NCBI RefSeq assembly: GCF_009914755.1
Contig: NC_060936.1
Direction: 5' to 3' (one strand)
Length of the DNA stretch: 64,000 nucleotides
Origin: the human T2T-CHM13v2.0 reference genome, Homo sapiens
Below the pieces are notes generated by a model. It did no database searches. It was given only the letters and a program-made list of their open reading frames with translations, and was not told where the DNA came from. Positions 1 to 22,560 of this stretch are shown one piece after another. Positions within the stretch are counted from its first letter, which is position 1, and the number at the start of each line of letters is the position of its first letter. The translations under genes and the position numbers were made by a program.

Positions 1-244
1 GCTTGAGTCCAAGAGTTCGAGACCAGCCTGCGCAGCATGAGGAAACCCCATCTCTACAAAAGATACAAAAAATTAGCTGGGTGTGCTGGCATGCACCTGT
101 AGTTCCAGCTACTCAGGTGGCTGAGGTGGGAGAATTCCTTGATCCCGGGAAGCAGAGGTTTCAGTGAGCCGAGATTGTGCCGCCACTGCACTCCAGGCTG
201 GGTGATCAAGGCAGACTCTGTCTCAGAAAAAAAAAAAAAAATTG

Positions 245-1680
<1,436 letters not shown>

Positions 1681-2075
1681 AAGTCCTTACACAATATACT
1701 TAAGATGTATGCACTTTATGGCGTGTACTTCTACCCCAGTCAAATTGAAAACAAAACAAAACAAAATAATAGTAGTTTCCTACCAGAGGTGTCTGAGAAG
1801 ATGGGCAGAGAGGGAGAAGATATTTGGGATCGGGTGCTTGTTGGGATGCCAGGGAGCAAGGGACTTACTGCCAGAGTCGCCTCTTGGTGCACCCAAAAAA
1901 GTACCAGGAAGATGAACAGGAAGGGGCCTCAAAAGACAGAGGGAGCTGGCGAAGGGCTGAGAGAAGTGCAAAGGATGGAATGCTACAGGGTAGAAAGGAA
2001 CCCAGTTTCATGAAAACCCAGTTTGATGAAAACAGATTTGGTTTTGGCCAAAAACAAAAAAATAATCCACCTTTA

Positions 2076-2796
<721 letters not shown>

Positions 2797-3384
2797 TGAC
2801 TCTAAGCAGCTGCTTGCTGGGATGTAAAAGTGGGAGGAAGGGAACACGTTGGCAACTAGAACCACAAGGAAAAGCTGCATTCTGTCAGGGAAGATCCCTA
2901 GCCCTTGAGCGGGGCTGAGGCTGCGGGAGGTAGAAGACAGTTCAGAACAGGGATGGGGGCGTGTTGGGGAATGGAGGAGTCATGTTGGCTTCTCAGACTG
3001 GGTAGTGACAGCTTTGGCTAGAGGAGAGGAATTTCCCTCCCCCAGCCTGGCAGGGCTCTGAGTAGGGCTGAGCTGGGAAGGGTAGGGCAACACCTCTCCC
3101 TTTGGGCTTTATCAAAATTCCACTGCAGTGAATGCTAAATCTGCCAGAGCCCAGAAGTGCCATTTAGGCCATGACACCAGAAATCCAGATTCAGTTAATT
3201 TAGTGAGTTTTTAGGGATGAGGTTGAGGTACTAGGGAATTGGGATAGTGAGGAGGTTGACCTTGAGCAGACATTCAAATTTCTAACAAGCCGGCTGGGCG
3301 CAGCGGCTCACGCCTGTAATCCTAACACTTTGGGAGGCCAAGGTGGGAGGATCATTTGAGGTCAGGAGTTCAAGACCAGCCTTA

Positions 3385-3729
<345 letters not shown>

Positions 3730-4154
3730 CTAAATCCTTTCTGCTGCCACTGTAATCACCCCGCCTTGCCTGCCTTTTTTGGTCAGGAATAAAATATCCC
3801 TAAACTTTTTTTATTTCTGCTGTTGGATTTAGGCCAGTGAAAATAAGGCACCCCAGGGGTTAAGTGAAATTTGAGCTTATCATTATTTCAGTTCATTCCT
3901 TGCTACCCTGGACCTTGTTGTCTCCTCCCACTGTGAACTATGAATTTAGAGGAGCTTCTGGGTCACTCAGGCAACGGAAGACAGGACTGCCATTCTCCTG
4001 TTTATTTATTCAAAATGTGTTTATACCAAGTGGATGACTATACGGAGCAACTGAAACTCTCCTACACTACTGTTGGGAACGTTTAGTTGTGCAATCACTT
4101 CGGAAAACAGTTTGGTAGTTTCTTGTAAAGTTAAAACATAGACTTACCGTATGA

Positions 4155-4750
<596 letters not shown>

Positions 4751-5104
4751 TAATATACTTAATTCATATTAATACACATTTTTTCTGATTGCTTTTTAAC
4801 TGTTAATGATTGTGCTTTCTTTTGAACTCCAGTAAGTTTTGTTATTAAAATGTAACATACAATGTAAAGTGCTTAAGATATAGGTGTGTAGCTTAATAAC
4901 TATTTACTAATTAATCCATCTGTGTTAATCACTTTGCTGATCAAGATATAAACATTTCTAGAAAATCTTTCTCATATCTCCTTACAGGCTATATACCCTC
5001 TGAATGGAACCAGTTACTTACTTCTCTCACTTTAGGTTAATTTTCCCTGGTTTTAAACTTTATATGTTTGGAATCACACAAGTTATATTGCATATTTAAG
5101 CTAA

Positions 5105-5450
<346 letters not shown>

Positions 5451-5462
5451 TAACATTTTGCA

Positions 5463-5512
5463 ATTATATTATATTATATTATATTATATTATATTATATT
5501 ATATTATATTAT
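5463..5512. repeat. (TATTA)n microsatellite derived from an Alu tail
   Basis: About 10 pentamer units next to an antisense Alu. Confidence 0.9.
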
Positions 5513-6279
5513 TTTTGAGACGGGGTCTTTCTCTGTCCCCCAGGCTGGAGTGCGGTAGCATGATCAGGGCTCACTCCAGCCCTGCCTCCTGGGCTCGAGG
5601 GATCCTTCCACCTCAGCCTCCCAAGGAGGTGGAACTACAGGTGCGTGCCACCACGCCTGGCTAATTTTTGTATTTTTTTTGTAGAGATATGGTTTCATTA
5701 TATTGCCCAGGCTGGTCTCTAATTCCTGAGCTCAAGAGATCCACCCGCCTTGGCCTCCATATTTTGCAATTATAATCTGCAATGGAATCATAATTTTAAA
5801 TTGCTGTATTGTTTGTAATATGTGCTTGGTTATACTTATATAATTATAAGTTGGTTTGTAATATGTGCTTGGTTATACTTATATAATTATTCTCTCCTTT
5901 ATTATACATGAGGTAAGAGAAGCTCAGGGAATCCATTCAGGCAGCAAGTGGAGAAACTAGCTCTCAAACCTGCATCTCAGGCTCTCATTCTTCCACTGCA
6001 AAAAAGCAAAGTGCTCAAAAAATATGGTCACAGATCTGCAGAAGTCTTGCACAAGGGCATTATCATAGCAATAAGAATGACTAATAAGTATTAACGGCCC
6101 ATGAGAAAAGAACAAATACCATTAATTATCTCAATATATTAAGCATATTAGTAATGTTTGTACAGAATTATTCATGCAAATATTATTAGCCTGTGTCGGG
6201 GACAGTTGCTAAACTCAGCAACAGGCTCACAGCTCAGCTTCGTGCCTCTGGTTCCAGATGTGCAGGGGCCAGGGCTTCC

Positions 6280-7230
6280 AGGGACACGCCCCCGTGGGCC
6301 TCCAGGGAGCCAATCGACGCGCAGAAGGCGGGGCCCTGGGAGCGACAACGGTGTTATCCAATGGGCCGACAGCTGGAGCCGCCCCTGGCCAATGGGCGCG
6401 CTCCTCCGCGATGGGCGGAAGTGGTGAGGCAGCTCTGAGGGCCGTTGTTCAGTGCGGGGTCTGACAGAGGAGGCTCCGTGTCTGCAGCTAGTGTGTCAAC
6501 TCAGCGTTTCTCCTCTCGTCCCTGGTGAGGTGTAGCGGCGGCACGCGGCTGGAGATCCCCTGTGGCCTCCAGTTTAGGAAGGGTCCAGCATCCCAAGGGA
6601 GGGGTGTGTGGGCGAGGGGTCTCTGGGCCCGGGGTCGCGGCTGTGAGGAGAGGATGCCCGCGCGGCGGCATCTCAGGCACCTGGAGGAGGCCGCGCTTTC
6701 TCCTCAGGGAACCGGCGCCTTGGCAGCCCCCGGCGACGCCGCCCCCTTCGCGGCCTAGGTTGGTCTGGTGAGCCGGGAAGCGGGCGTCGTTCGCAGCGCC
6801 GCTGTGACCACCGCGTCCCGGGCGGAGCTGGGCTCAGTGCCGGCCTGGGCCTAGAGTCCGAGCCTCGAGCTGCCGGCGTGGGGGGTCGCGAGTGGCCTAA
6901 TGCGGCCTCGAAGCCGAAGGACCCGAGTCCGAGCTCGCACTCCGACCCGCTGGTGCTGTGGAAAACTCAGGTGGCCTTCCGCTTTCGTAGCCTCTAAAGT
7001 GGGGACCAAGACTTTCACCTCTTAGGATTGTAGTCGGGATTAAAAGATTTTCCCGGTAAGCGTTTGGCAACTGCTATTATTTGAGAAGCCGCTTACTTCT
7101 TCACTCCCCATCACCGACCTTCCTGGGGACGGGGGCGATTGGAAACTGCCTTGGGGTATCTGGACCCGGCAGGGGAAGCTCCGCCGCCTCGGGCAGAGGG
7201 ACGGTCCCCTCTGCGGACTAGAGAGATCTA
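6280..7230 (+). promoter_or_regulatory. TRAFD1: CpG-island promoter of TRAFD1 with three CCAAT boxes and an ETS/GABP motif
   Basis: Dense CpG and GC-rich sequence. CCAAT at 6310, 6358 and 6389; GGCGGAAGTG at ~6414-6423 just before exon 1; no obvious TATA. Confidence 0.85.
6430..6524 (+). other. TRAFD1: TRAFD1 non-coding exon 1 (5' end approximate)
   Basis: Follows the promoter motifs, ends at donor CTG|GTGAGG (6524/6525) and contains no ATG. Confidence 0.7.
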
Positions 7231-7565
7231 GCTGACCCCCAACAGGCTCCTTATAAGCTTGAAGACTTTTCTGTGCCTCAACTCTTCCGTGCATTCGCCC
7301 GTTTCCTTGACCCTTTGAAGTATTGTCAGTCCTCTGCCTGAAGAATCTGAGGCCCAGAGAGGTTAAATCTGGCAGAACCAGCCAGACCTTGACCCCCAGA
7401 GGGGGACCCTGCAGGCTACCCCCAGTCTCCTTGCATCTAGAAAAGCAAGCACCTGCTACATCTGAGCTCTGGCCTTAGAGTTGGCCAGAGTGGGCTGGAA
7501 TAGAGCACACCTGAAATCAGTCGGACAGCCTTCCTTAGTTGCCATTTCATATCAGAGTGAATATC

Positions 7566-11177
<3,612 letters not shown>

Positions 11178-11428
11178 TAGTAAAAGTATTTTATTTTATT
11201 ATTTTTATTTTTTAAAACTCCCTTATCCAATAAAATTATTTTAAATTGAAAATTTTAAAATAAGAAAATCCCAAGGGACTGGATATTGAATAAAATGCTT
11301 TAACATGCAGGTTTGGGTGACAGTTTCTGTATACTAGTTTTTTATTTGTTTTTTTGCATGTCATCTTTAAAGCAGAAATGAAAGAGAAAGTTCATGTCTT
11401 CCTTTGTGGTTTTCAGGAAGAGCTAAAG

Positions 11429-11475
11429 ATGGCTGAATTTCTAGATGACCAGGAAACTCGACTGTGTGACAACTG
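11429..11475 (+). CDS. TRAFD1: TRAFD1 coding exon 1 (exon starts 11417): MAEFLDDQETRLCDN(C)
   Basis: Acceptor tttcag|G at 11416/7; strong Kozak aagATGg; donor TG|gtaaga, phase 2. Confidence 0.95.
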
Positions 11476-14400
11476 GTAAGACATTAAATCTAAGAAATGT
11501 TAGTGGAATGAGGACAGTCAAGCTTAATCACTATCATTTCCTGATTTAAAAACTGTTAGTGAAGACTGGCACAGTCTTGAGTTAAGCTTTCTATTTTGGT
11601 GTTTATAACCCACATGAATTACAAGAAAGAGCATCTCTTTCCTGATGAAATGAAACCGGTTGTAAAGTTAATAATCAGCTGGTTCCTGTTGGGGTTTTCC
11701 TAAGAACTTATCTTGGTATCTTGGTGCTATACAAGTGCTGTTACTGTAAGCTGACAAAAAAAGCAAAGCAGAACTGTCTGCTATGTTTATTACTTTATTT
11801 TCCTTCACTGGGTACTTCTTTCACAATGTGCTATGTTTACCTTAGCAAACTGTGGTAGAAAGAGATGTGGAATAAGGAAAATAGTTTAACTCATTGGTGG
11901 AATATTTGAGCCAAATAACATTTTTGTCATCATCGTTGTCTTTTTCTTTCTTCTCAGCCTAACTTTGGCAGAATTAGAATATAATTAGAGCAACAGCTGG
12001 TTACAATATTCTTTACCTGCTTGGAATTAAGATTTCATCTCATTGTAGGTGTCTTGCCATATTGTAGAGTATTTCTGCTATGCCACTATCACTTTCTACC
12101 ATTTCATAAACTATTTTAGTTTTGTTTGGGTTTTATATGTATAGCTACTGAAACAGAGTAATCAGAAACAAATAATCAAAAGAAAACATGATTTTGTAAG
12201 AAAAGAGACACATTGGTTTTTAGCATTAGTTAAGATACACCTATTTTATCAGTCCACTCCAATTAGGAGGAATCTCAAGCCTAGGACAAAATATAAATAA
12301 CTATGCTAAGAGAGTTAAAGGGTGAGTTAATGGAAAGCTAGTGAAAAACAATGCTATTCAAAGCCAAAGAAATTAAAGAAAAAAGCAGATTAGCATAGAA
12401 GGCTGACTAAACCTGTAAAGAATTAATTTCTGGCTGTTTGTGTTTAGTGTTTGGAAAGTTCTTGGGAATTTTTCTGGAAGCTTTGGTTTGCCTTTCAGCT
12501 ATTTCTATCTAAATGAAATTTCACCTCTAATTTGCTAGCCCTTCCTTGAGACTTTTAGCAGTTTTATCTGGATACGGAATTGTGTGCTCATTTATCTCAC
12601 TTAAAACATCTTCATTTTCTCCGAAGGTAGGAAGTAAGCATATTAGTATTTGGTCTGGTTGGAATGTTTGGTAGGAATATGTTGGCAGTTAAATTTTAAA
12701 AGAAAAAAACCCAGCAGGCAACTGTTTTATATAATTGTTGCAAATATCTTTTTTATTTCAGCATTTCCTAAGAGGTGAATATGTGCAATAGTAAATGCTT
12801 TGTGGTCTTACTTGACAGCTGCTTTTGATTCTTGTTGCTTCATATTATGATGGTGTGGTCCTTAATATTTTTTGTTTTAATTCTAAAGTTTTAGGGGCCT
12901 TGTGTATGTAGTATGTCAACAAGTTATCCTGAACAGCCTTGTAAAGTAAATGCTAGACATTTAGTGTCTCCATATTTACCATTAAAATAAAAATTATTGC
13001 CAATATTATGAAAAAGGAACCCAGGTTTTCTACACCCTAAGCAGTAATTACTGGCTTTAATTTTCATGGCATTTGTACATACATGATTTACAATCACAAT
13101 ATAACATTTCTTCTTTCACTTTGTTGGTATACTATATGTAACTTAGCTATTCCTTTCTTGCTTAGGTATTTTTAATGACTTTCATTTTTTACCATTCTAT
13201 GATACTGTAATGAAAATATTCATACATAATCCCAAGAGTAGGATTATTGTGTTACAGAGTATATAATTTTATGGTCCTAGAAATGAATTTTCAGACTGTT
13301 TTTAGGCAGTTTATACTACCACCAGTAATGTATTAAAGTATTCATTTCACAACATCTTTAAAAAGTTGGGATGTATTATTTTAACTAAATTAATTCAAAA
13401 TGAGTAGTTTCCTTAGAAAGCTAAAAATTTGAGAGAAATATGGGAAGTTAAATCTGTCAGTAATTTTCCTCTTTATCCATTTGAGTTTTCTTCCCATCTC
13501 TCACAGTTGATTGTTCTGTCACCTTCCAGTGCTGCTTTGAGAGCTGCCTTGGGGTCCCTAGCTTGATAATTCCACCACTGGATGAAAATGAATTTGCACT
13601 TCCTTGGTGTCTTGGTCTTTCAGTTTGGAAGAATGACTATAGCTGGAGGCACATCATTTATCCTACTTCAAAATGTTTCTTAGACAATGTCTGAATATTA
13701 AAGGTTATTAAAAGAGAAATAAGCTATTTATAATTTAGTATGGGAGACAGTTCTTCTAGTATTCAGCTTCAGAGGCAAAATATGGTATTAAATAATGTGT
13801 TTTATGACTATCTGTATTGATCCTGTTCAGTATTTTATTTTTCTGAATTATTGTTATACGTACCTTCTTTAATGTAGTTTTTAGCTGGTGAAATTGGAAT
13901 TTTACAATGGTCCTATCCAAATAAGTAAAAGTAAGGCCTTTGAATAGAATGTACCTTTAGTTCGAGTACATGTATAATCTTTTCATGTTTAAATGGTCTT
14001 ACTCTTTCATGTAACATTATCACTTTACCTCCTTAATTTGTATAGCTTAGATATGATCTTTGAACCACTAAACTAAGTGAGAAAGGCAAAAATGAAGTGG
14101 AGAGACCAGACTGGTGGAGGAAAGGGTTCAGGATTTCATTTTTGTACAGCTTTACAGTGAAGTTTCTACCAACCCAGCCAGAGAGCATGTTCCTGTAGTC
14201 AGGAAGCATCCAGCCTGCTTCGAAAGGCATGTGAGGCATACAGGAGACAATTTCCCCTTCCCCTTTGACTGTCCAAAAGCTGGAGTCTTCTCTTTTTGGT
14301 TTGACTTTTCATGGAATAAAATCCAATGAAATTAAACTACTTAAAAGTGAGAGAAAATCAGTGGTAGGGTGTTTTTTCACTTGTTTTTGTTGTTGTTTTG

Positions 14401-14632
14401 GTTTGTTTTCTGTTTTAAAATAATCCTGGAGCGTATCACTCTGCTTTGGGACATGGATGGTTTTGGAATAGCCTAGCTCCACTCTTTTTGGCATCTGACT
14501 TCATGTTGTGATCAGCTCTGACTTTGAGAAAGTAAGGCTGAGCTTTTAGATGTAGTAGTGCATAGCACCGGTAACTCAGAATGTTGCACAGAAGAGCCTT
14601 CAGGATTTAGTTCTTTTTTTTTTTTTTTTTGA

Positions 14633-15044
<412 letters not shown>

Positions 15045-15643
15045 TAGCTGAGATTACAGGCATGTGCCGCCACACCTGGCTAATTTTGTATTTTTAGTAG
15101 AGACGGGGTTTCACCATGTTGGCCAGGCTGATCTCGAACTCCTGACCTCAGGTGATCTGCCCGCCTCAGCCTCTCAAAGTGCTGGGATTACAGGCGTGAG
15201 CCACGGCGCCCGGCCAGTTTTTTTTTTTTTTTTTTATAGCAACCTCTGCCTCCTGGGTTCAAGCGATTCTCCTGCCTCAGCCTCCCGAGTAGCTGGGATT
15301 ACAGGTGCCCGCCATCACGCCTGGCTAATTTTTATATTTTTAGTAGAGATGGGGTTTCACCATGTTGGCCAGGTTGGTCTCGAACGCCTGACCTCAGGTG
15401 ATCCGCCTGCCTCGGCTTCCCAAAGTGCTGAGATTACAGGCATGAGCCACCGCGCCTGGCCAGGATTTAGTTCTTGAAAAGCAGGAATGGTAATAGTCAT
15501 GAGTTTGTAGGCTAGGTATTCACTAAAGATAAATAATGGAGACTAAAGATTGGACAGGACAGATTTCCATGTGATGCCACTGTGCAAGAAAAGGCATAGA
15601 TTAGTCAGTAATGCTTGCCTTTTTCTTTGGTCTATTTCCGTAG

Positions 15644-15779
15644 CAAAAAAGAAATTCCTGTGTTTAACTTTACCATCCATGAGATCCACTGTCAAAGGAA
15701 CATTGGTATGTGTCCTACCTGTAAGGAACCATTTCCCAAATCTGACATGGAGACTCACATGGCTGCAGAACACTGTCAG
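15644..15779 (+). CDS. TRAFD1: TRAFD1 exon: KKEIPVFNFTIHEIHCQRNIGMCPTCKEPFPKSDMETHMAAEHCQ (zinc fingers)
   Basis: ttccgtag| acceptor, |gtgagc donor, 136 nt restores phase 0. Confidence 0.95.
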
Positions 15780-15918
15780 GTGAGCCACCAAGTACTCAAA
15801 TGTTTATACATGTGTTATACTTGCTGTTGTTCGTAAATGTATTCTGTTTGCTATTGTGCAATAGCAAATGAGCATATTGTCCCAAAGCCAATTTACTGAT
15901 TCTCACTTCTTACTCTAG

Positions 15919-15972
15919 GTGACCTGCAAATGTAACAAGAAGTTGGAGAAGAGGCTGTTAAAGAAGCATGAG
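15919..15972 (+). CDS. TRAFD1: TRAFD1 exon: VTCKCNKKLEKRLLKKHE
   Basis: ctctag| acceptor, |gttagt donor, 54 nt, phase 0-0. Confidence 0.93.
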
Positions 15973-16331
15973 GTTAGTCCATGGAGTGAGTTACCGTGGG
16001 CCCAGTCCTGCTGAGATTACAGACCCACATGCAGAGCAGGAAGCCAGTCTGGTTGAGTGTTAGTTCTCCGTGAGCTCACATGCATACTGTTTCTCAAAGC
16101 CTGTTTGAGGCCTTGACTATGTAACTGCTGCCAGATTCGGCTACCTGGCTGTTGGAACTCACTTGTGTATGTTGAGACTCGCGAAGTATCTCCCTTTGGA
16201 ACTGAGTCTATTATTTCTGTTGGGGTTTGGTTATTGGCAGCCTCACTGAATATGAAGCCAGCCCTAGAGTTGCCAGTATGGGATAACCTCTTTAGCACAC
16301 AGCCTGCCTTACAAGCTGTCATTTCATTTAA

Positions 16332-16463
<132 letters not shown>

Positions 16464-16839
16464 TGAGTAGCTGGGATTATAGGCGCCCACCACCACTCCC
16501 AGCTAATTATTAGTAGAGACGGGATTTCACCATGTTGGCCTGACCTTGTGATCTGCCTGTCTTCAGCCTCCCAAAGTGCTGGGATTACAGGCGTGAGCCA
16601 CCACATCTGGCTTCATTTTAAAATCTTGAACACCTGGATAACATGCTATTTAACCTAAGAAATTCCTCAGCATTTGGTGAGAGAGAATAGAGTATCATTT
16701 GCTCGCTAGTTGAGATAAAACTGGCCAAAGGTTTTTTTTTTTTTTTTTTTAAATACAGACAGGGTCGGCTGGGCATGGTGGCTCATGCCTGTAATCCCAG
16801 CACTTTGAGAGGCAGAGGTGGGCAGATCACTTGAGGTCA

Positions 16840-17147
<308 letters not shown>

Positions 17148-17204
17148 CTAGGATTACAGGCATGAGCCACTGTACTCAGCCCAAAGTTTTTTTTTTTTTT
17201 TTGA

Positions 17205-17309
<105 letters not shown>

Positions 17310-17828
17310 TGAGTAGCTGGGGTTATAGGCGTGCTCTACCATGCCTGGCTAATTTTTTTTGTATTTTTAGTAGAGACAGGATTTTGCCATGTTGGCCAGG
17401 GTGATCTTGAACTCCTGACCTCAGGTGATCCACCCACCTTGGCCCCTCAAGGTGCTAGGATTAAAGGCGTGAGCCACCATGCCCGGTCATTTTTCTTTTT
17501 TTTAATTAAAAACCTTTTTTAAGAGACACAGTCTCACTCTGTCACCCAGGCTAGCATGCAATGGCATGATCATAACTCACTGCAGCCTCGAATTCTTGGG
17601 CTCAAATGATCTACCTGCATAGGTGGTACTACAGGTATAGGCCTCTATGCCTGACTAATTTTATTTATTTTTGTTTTTCATAGAGTTGGGGTCTTGTTAT
17701 GTTGCCCAGGCTAGTCTCGAACTCTTGGCCTCAAGTGATCCTCCCTTCTTGGCTTTCCCAAATGTCGAGATTACAGGCGTGAGCTATGGCATCTGGCCAA
17801 AACTGGCCAACGTTGAATGAGTATGTTA

Positions 17829-18181
<353 letters not shown>

Positions 18182-18480
18182 TCAAAAGCACCACTCAGTC
18201 TTTTATAATGCAAGTGAAATCAGTGCTGTGCCCCTTCAAGGAACCACGTGACAGTTTGTTCAGTTGAGCACAAGTTCCTTGCAGGAACAGTTGCTGGCAG
18301 AAGGGCTGTGTCTACAGCCCATGTGGAACCAAGGACAGTTTTCCCATTCAGTAGGGAGCATCCCTCAGCCTTGATCTTCATTTCTTGGCTGGGCGCAGTG
18401 GCTCACGCCTGTAATCCCAGCACTTTGGGAGGCTGAGGCGGGCGGATCACGAGGTCAGAAGATTGAGACCATCCTGGCTA

Positions 18481-18639
<159 letters not shown>

Positions 18640-19193
18640 TCAGGGCGACAGAGCGAGACTCCGTCTAAAAAAATAAATAAATAAAAATAAATAAATAAAA
18701 ATCCAAACAGCTGTTTATATGGTAGTTATAGAAGAGTGGATATACATATGTAAAAATTCACCAAGGTATATACTTAAAGATTTGTGCATTTCATTCTGTG
18801 TGCCTCAAACTGTAACAACTTGATTTTATTAATTTATAATTAAATTACCCTTAAAGGTAATTCACAGCGGGCTACAGTGACTCATGCCTGTATCCTAGCA
18901 CTTTGGGAGGCCAAGGCGAGAGCATTGCTTAAACCAAAGAGTTCAAGACCAGTCTAGGCAATATCGTGAGACCCCTATCTCTACAAAAAACTAAAAAATT
19001 AGCTGGGAATGGTGGTCCGTTCCTGTAGTCCCAATTGCTCGAGGGGCTGAGGTACGATATTGTTTGAGCCTGGAGGTTGAGGCTGCAGTGAGCCCTGTTT
19101 GTGCCACTGCATTCCAGCCTAGGCGACAAAGTAAGACCCTGTTTCAAAAAAATAAAAATAAAAATAAAAAGGTAGGCCAGGCGCAATGACTCA

Positions 19194-19795
<602 letters not shown>

Positions 19796-20289
19796 CTATT
19801 CTAAATGCTACTCCAACATTTTCAGCACTGTTTGTATATACATGAACTACCTCTTGCAGGAAACACAATAAATTGATAAAAAGGCCTTAGGTAGCAGAGG
19901 AACAGGGGAGAAGAGACATGATTTTTACATATATCCTTTTTGGGCTTTAAAATTGTATACCAGCTGTGCACAGTGGCTCACGCCTGTAATCCCAGCACTT
20001 TGGAAGGCCAAGGTAGGAGGACTGCTTGAGCCTAGGAGTTTTGAGATCAACCTGGGCAACATAAGGAGACCCTTGTCTCTACAAAATAAAAAATAAAACA
20101 AAAAACCTAGCTAGGCATGATGGCATATACCTGTGGTCCCAGCTACTTGGGAGGCTGAGGTGGGAGGATTGCTTGAGCCCAGGAGGTCAAGGCTGCGGTA
20201 AGCCATGATCGTACCACTGCACTCCAGCCTGGGTGACACTGAGATCCTGTCTCAAAAAAAAGAAAAGAAAAATTAAAATTAAAAAATAA

Positions 20290-20650
<361 letters not shown>

Positions 20651-21219
20651 TAACACGGATTTGCTAGGAGTAGTGGCTCATACCATTTGAGGATGGGAGT
20701 TTGAGACCAACTTGGCTAACGTGGTGAAACCCCTTCGGTGCTAAAAATACAAAAAAATTAGCTGGGTGTGGTGGCACGCACCTGTGGTCCCAAGCAACTC
20801 AGGAAGCTGAGGCACAAGGATTGCTTGAACCCGAGAGGTGAAGGTTGTAGTGAGCTGAGATTGCACCATGCACTCCATGCACACCACTCTGTCGCTGGGC
20901 GACAGCAAGACTTTCTCAAAAAATAATAATAATAAATGAAAAATAAAGCCTGTGCTAAATACAAATATGAAGGTTAGAGAAACCTGTGTCTTTCTAAAGT
21001 GCAGTTTCTTTTCCTCATTATTAGGTACTTAAGACTGAATTGGAGGCCGGGCGTGGTGGCTCAAGCCTGTAATCCCAGCACTTTGGGAGGCTGAGGCGGG
21101 CGGATCACAAGGTCAGAAGTTCAAGACCAGCCTGGCCAACATAGTGAAACCCCGTCTCTACTAAAAATACAAAAAATTAAGTGGGTGTGGTGGTGTGTGC
21201 CTGAAATCCCAGCTACTCA

Positions 21220-21453
<234 letters not shown>

Positions 21454-21724
21454 TTACTAAGTAATGTGTGCACAAAACAATATGATAGTTAGGGTGGCTG
21501 AGTAGTGGGCTCCCTCTAATATTTTATTTTCCTTTATAGAACATTGTGGCAGGAACAAAAGGGGAAGCTGTGACTCTTAAATAATTAAATACATTAAAAA
21601 AGGGTAGGAGAATCAAGGGTTGGAAGAGAAGATTGCAGTAGATACTCTTGGCTTTCCTTGCCCTATACTAAAACACACCTCTCCTAGATATGCATATTAA
21701 CTGCCTCATTCCTCTGTTTTGTAG

Positions 21725-22130
21725 GAGACTGAGTGCCCTTTGCGGCTTGCTGTCTGCCAGCACTGTGATTTAGAACTTTCCATTCTCAAACTGAAGGAAC
21801 ATGAAGATTATTGTGGTGCCCGGACGGAACTATGTGGCAACTGTGGTCGCAATGTCCTTGTGAAAGATCTGAAGACTCACCCTGAAGTTTGTGGGAGAGA
21901 GGGGGAGGAAAAGAGAAATGAGGTTGCCATACCTCCTAATGCATATGATGAATCTTGGGGTCAGGATGGAATCTGGATTGCATCCCAACTCCTCAGACAA
22001 ATTGAGGCTCTGGACCCACCCATGAGGCTGCCGCGAAGGCCCCTGAGAGCCTTTGAATCAGATGTTTTCCACAATAGAACTACCAACCAAAGGAACATTA
22101 CAGCCCAGGTTTCAATTCAGAATAATCTGT
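21725..22130 (+). CDS. TRAFD1: TRAFD1 exon: ETECPLRLAVCQHCDLEL...SIQNNL (TRAF-type zinc finger region)
   Basis: tttgtag| acceptor, |gtgagt donor, 406 nt; matches ORF 21740..22159. Confidence 0.95.
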
Positions 22131-22359
22131 GTGAGTTGTGCTTGGGATTAGGGAACTAGAATGGTATCAAAATCCCAAGGCAAATGGGAACAGGGCTTTG
22201 GGGCCAGATAGATCTTGATTATAGAAACCCGACTGTAGCTGAGTAACACTGGGAAGAATACCTCTCTTTCCTATAAAATGGAAATAACCTCCATTGGATT
22301 ATAGTTAGGGTTCATAATGGTGAGTATGATGACAGTGTTGTAAATAGCCAACACTTATA

Positions 22360-22560
22360 CAGATTGAGTATCCCTTATCCAAAATACTTGGGGCCAGAAG
22401 TGGTTTGGCTTTTGAAGTATTTGCATTATATATACTGGATGAGCATCTCAAATCTGAGAATCTGAAATCCAAAATGTTCCAGTGAGCATTTTCTTTGAGA
22501 GCCATATTGATGCCCAAAAAGTTTCAAATTTTGGATTTTTGGATTGGTATGCTCAACCTG
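22360..22560 (-). mobile_element. Tigger4a/MER46-type TcMar MITE
   Basis: Terminal inverted repeats cagattgagtatccc / tatgctcaacctg flanked by TA duplications. Confidence 0.8.

Noticed and set aside
7049-7060. GAS-like ttcccggtaa
   Set aside because: Spacing does not fit TTCN3GAA; it is better explained as a splice donor.
15847-15868. Perfect 10-bp hairpin tttgctattg-tg-caatagcaaa in a short TRAFD1 intron
   Set aside because: Too short for a pre-miRNA and not anchored at splice sites.
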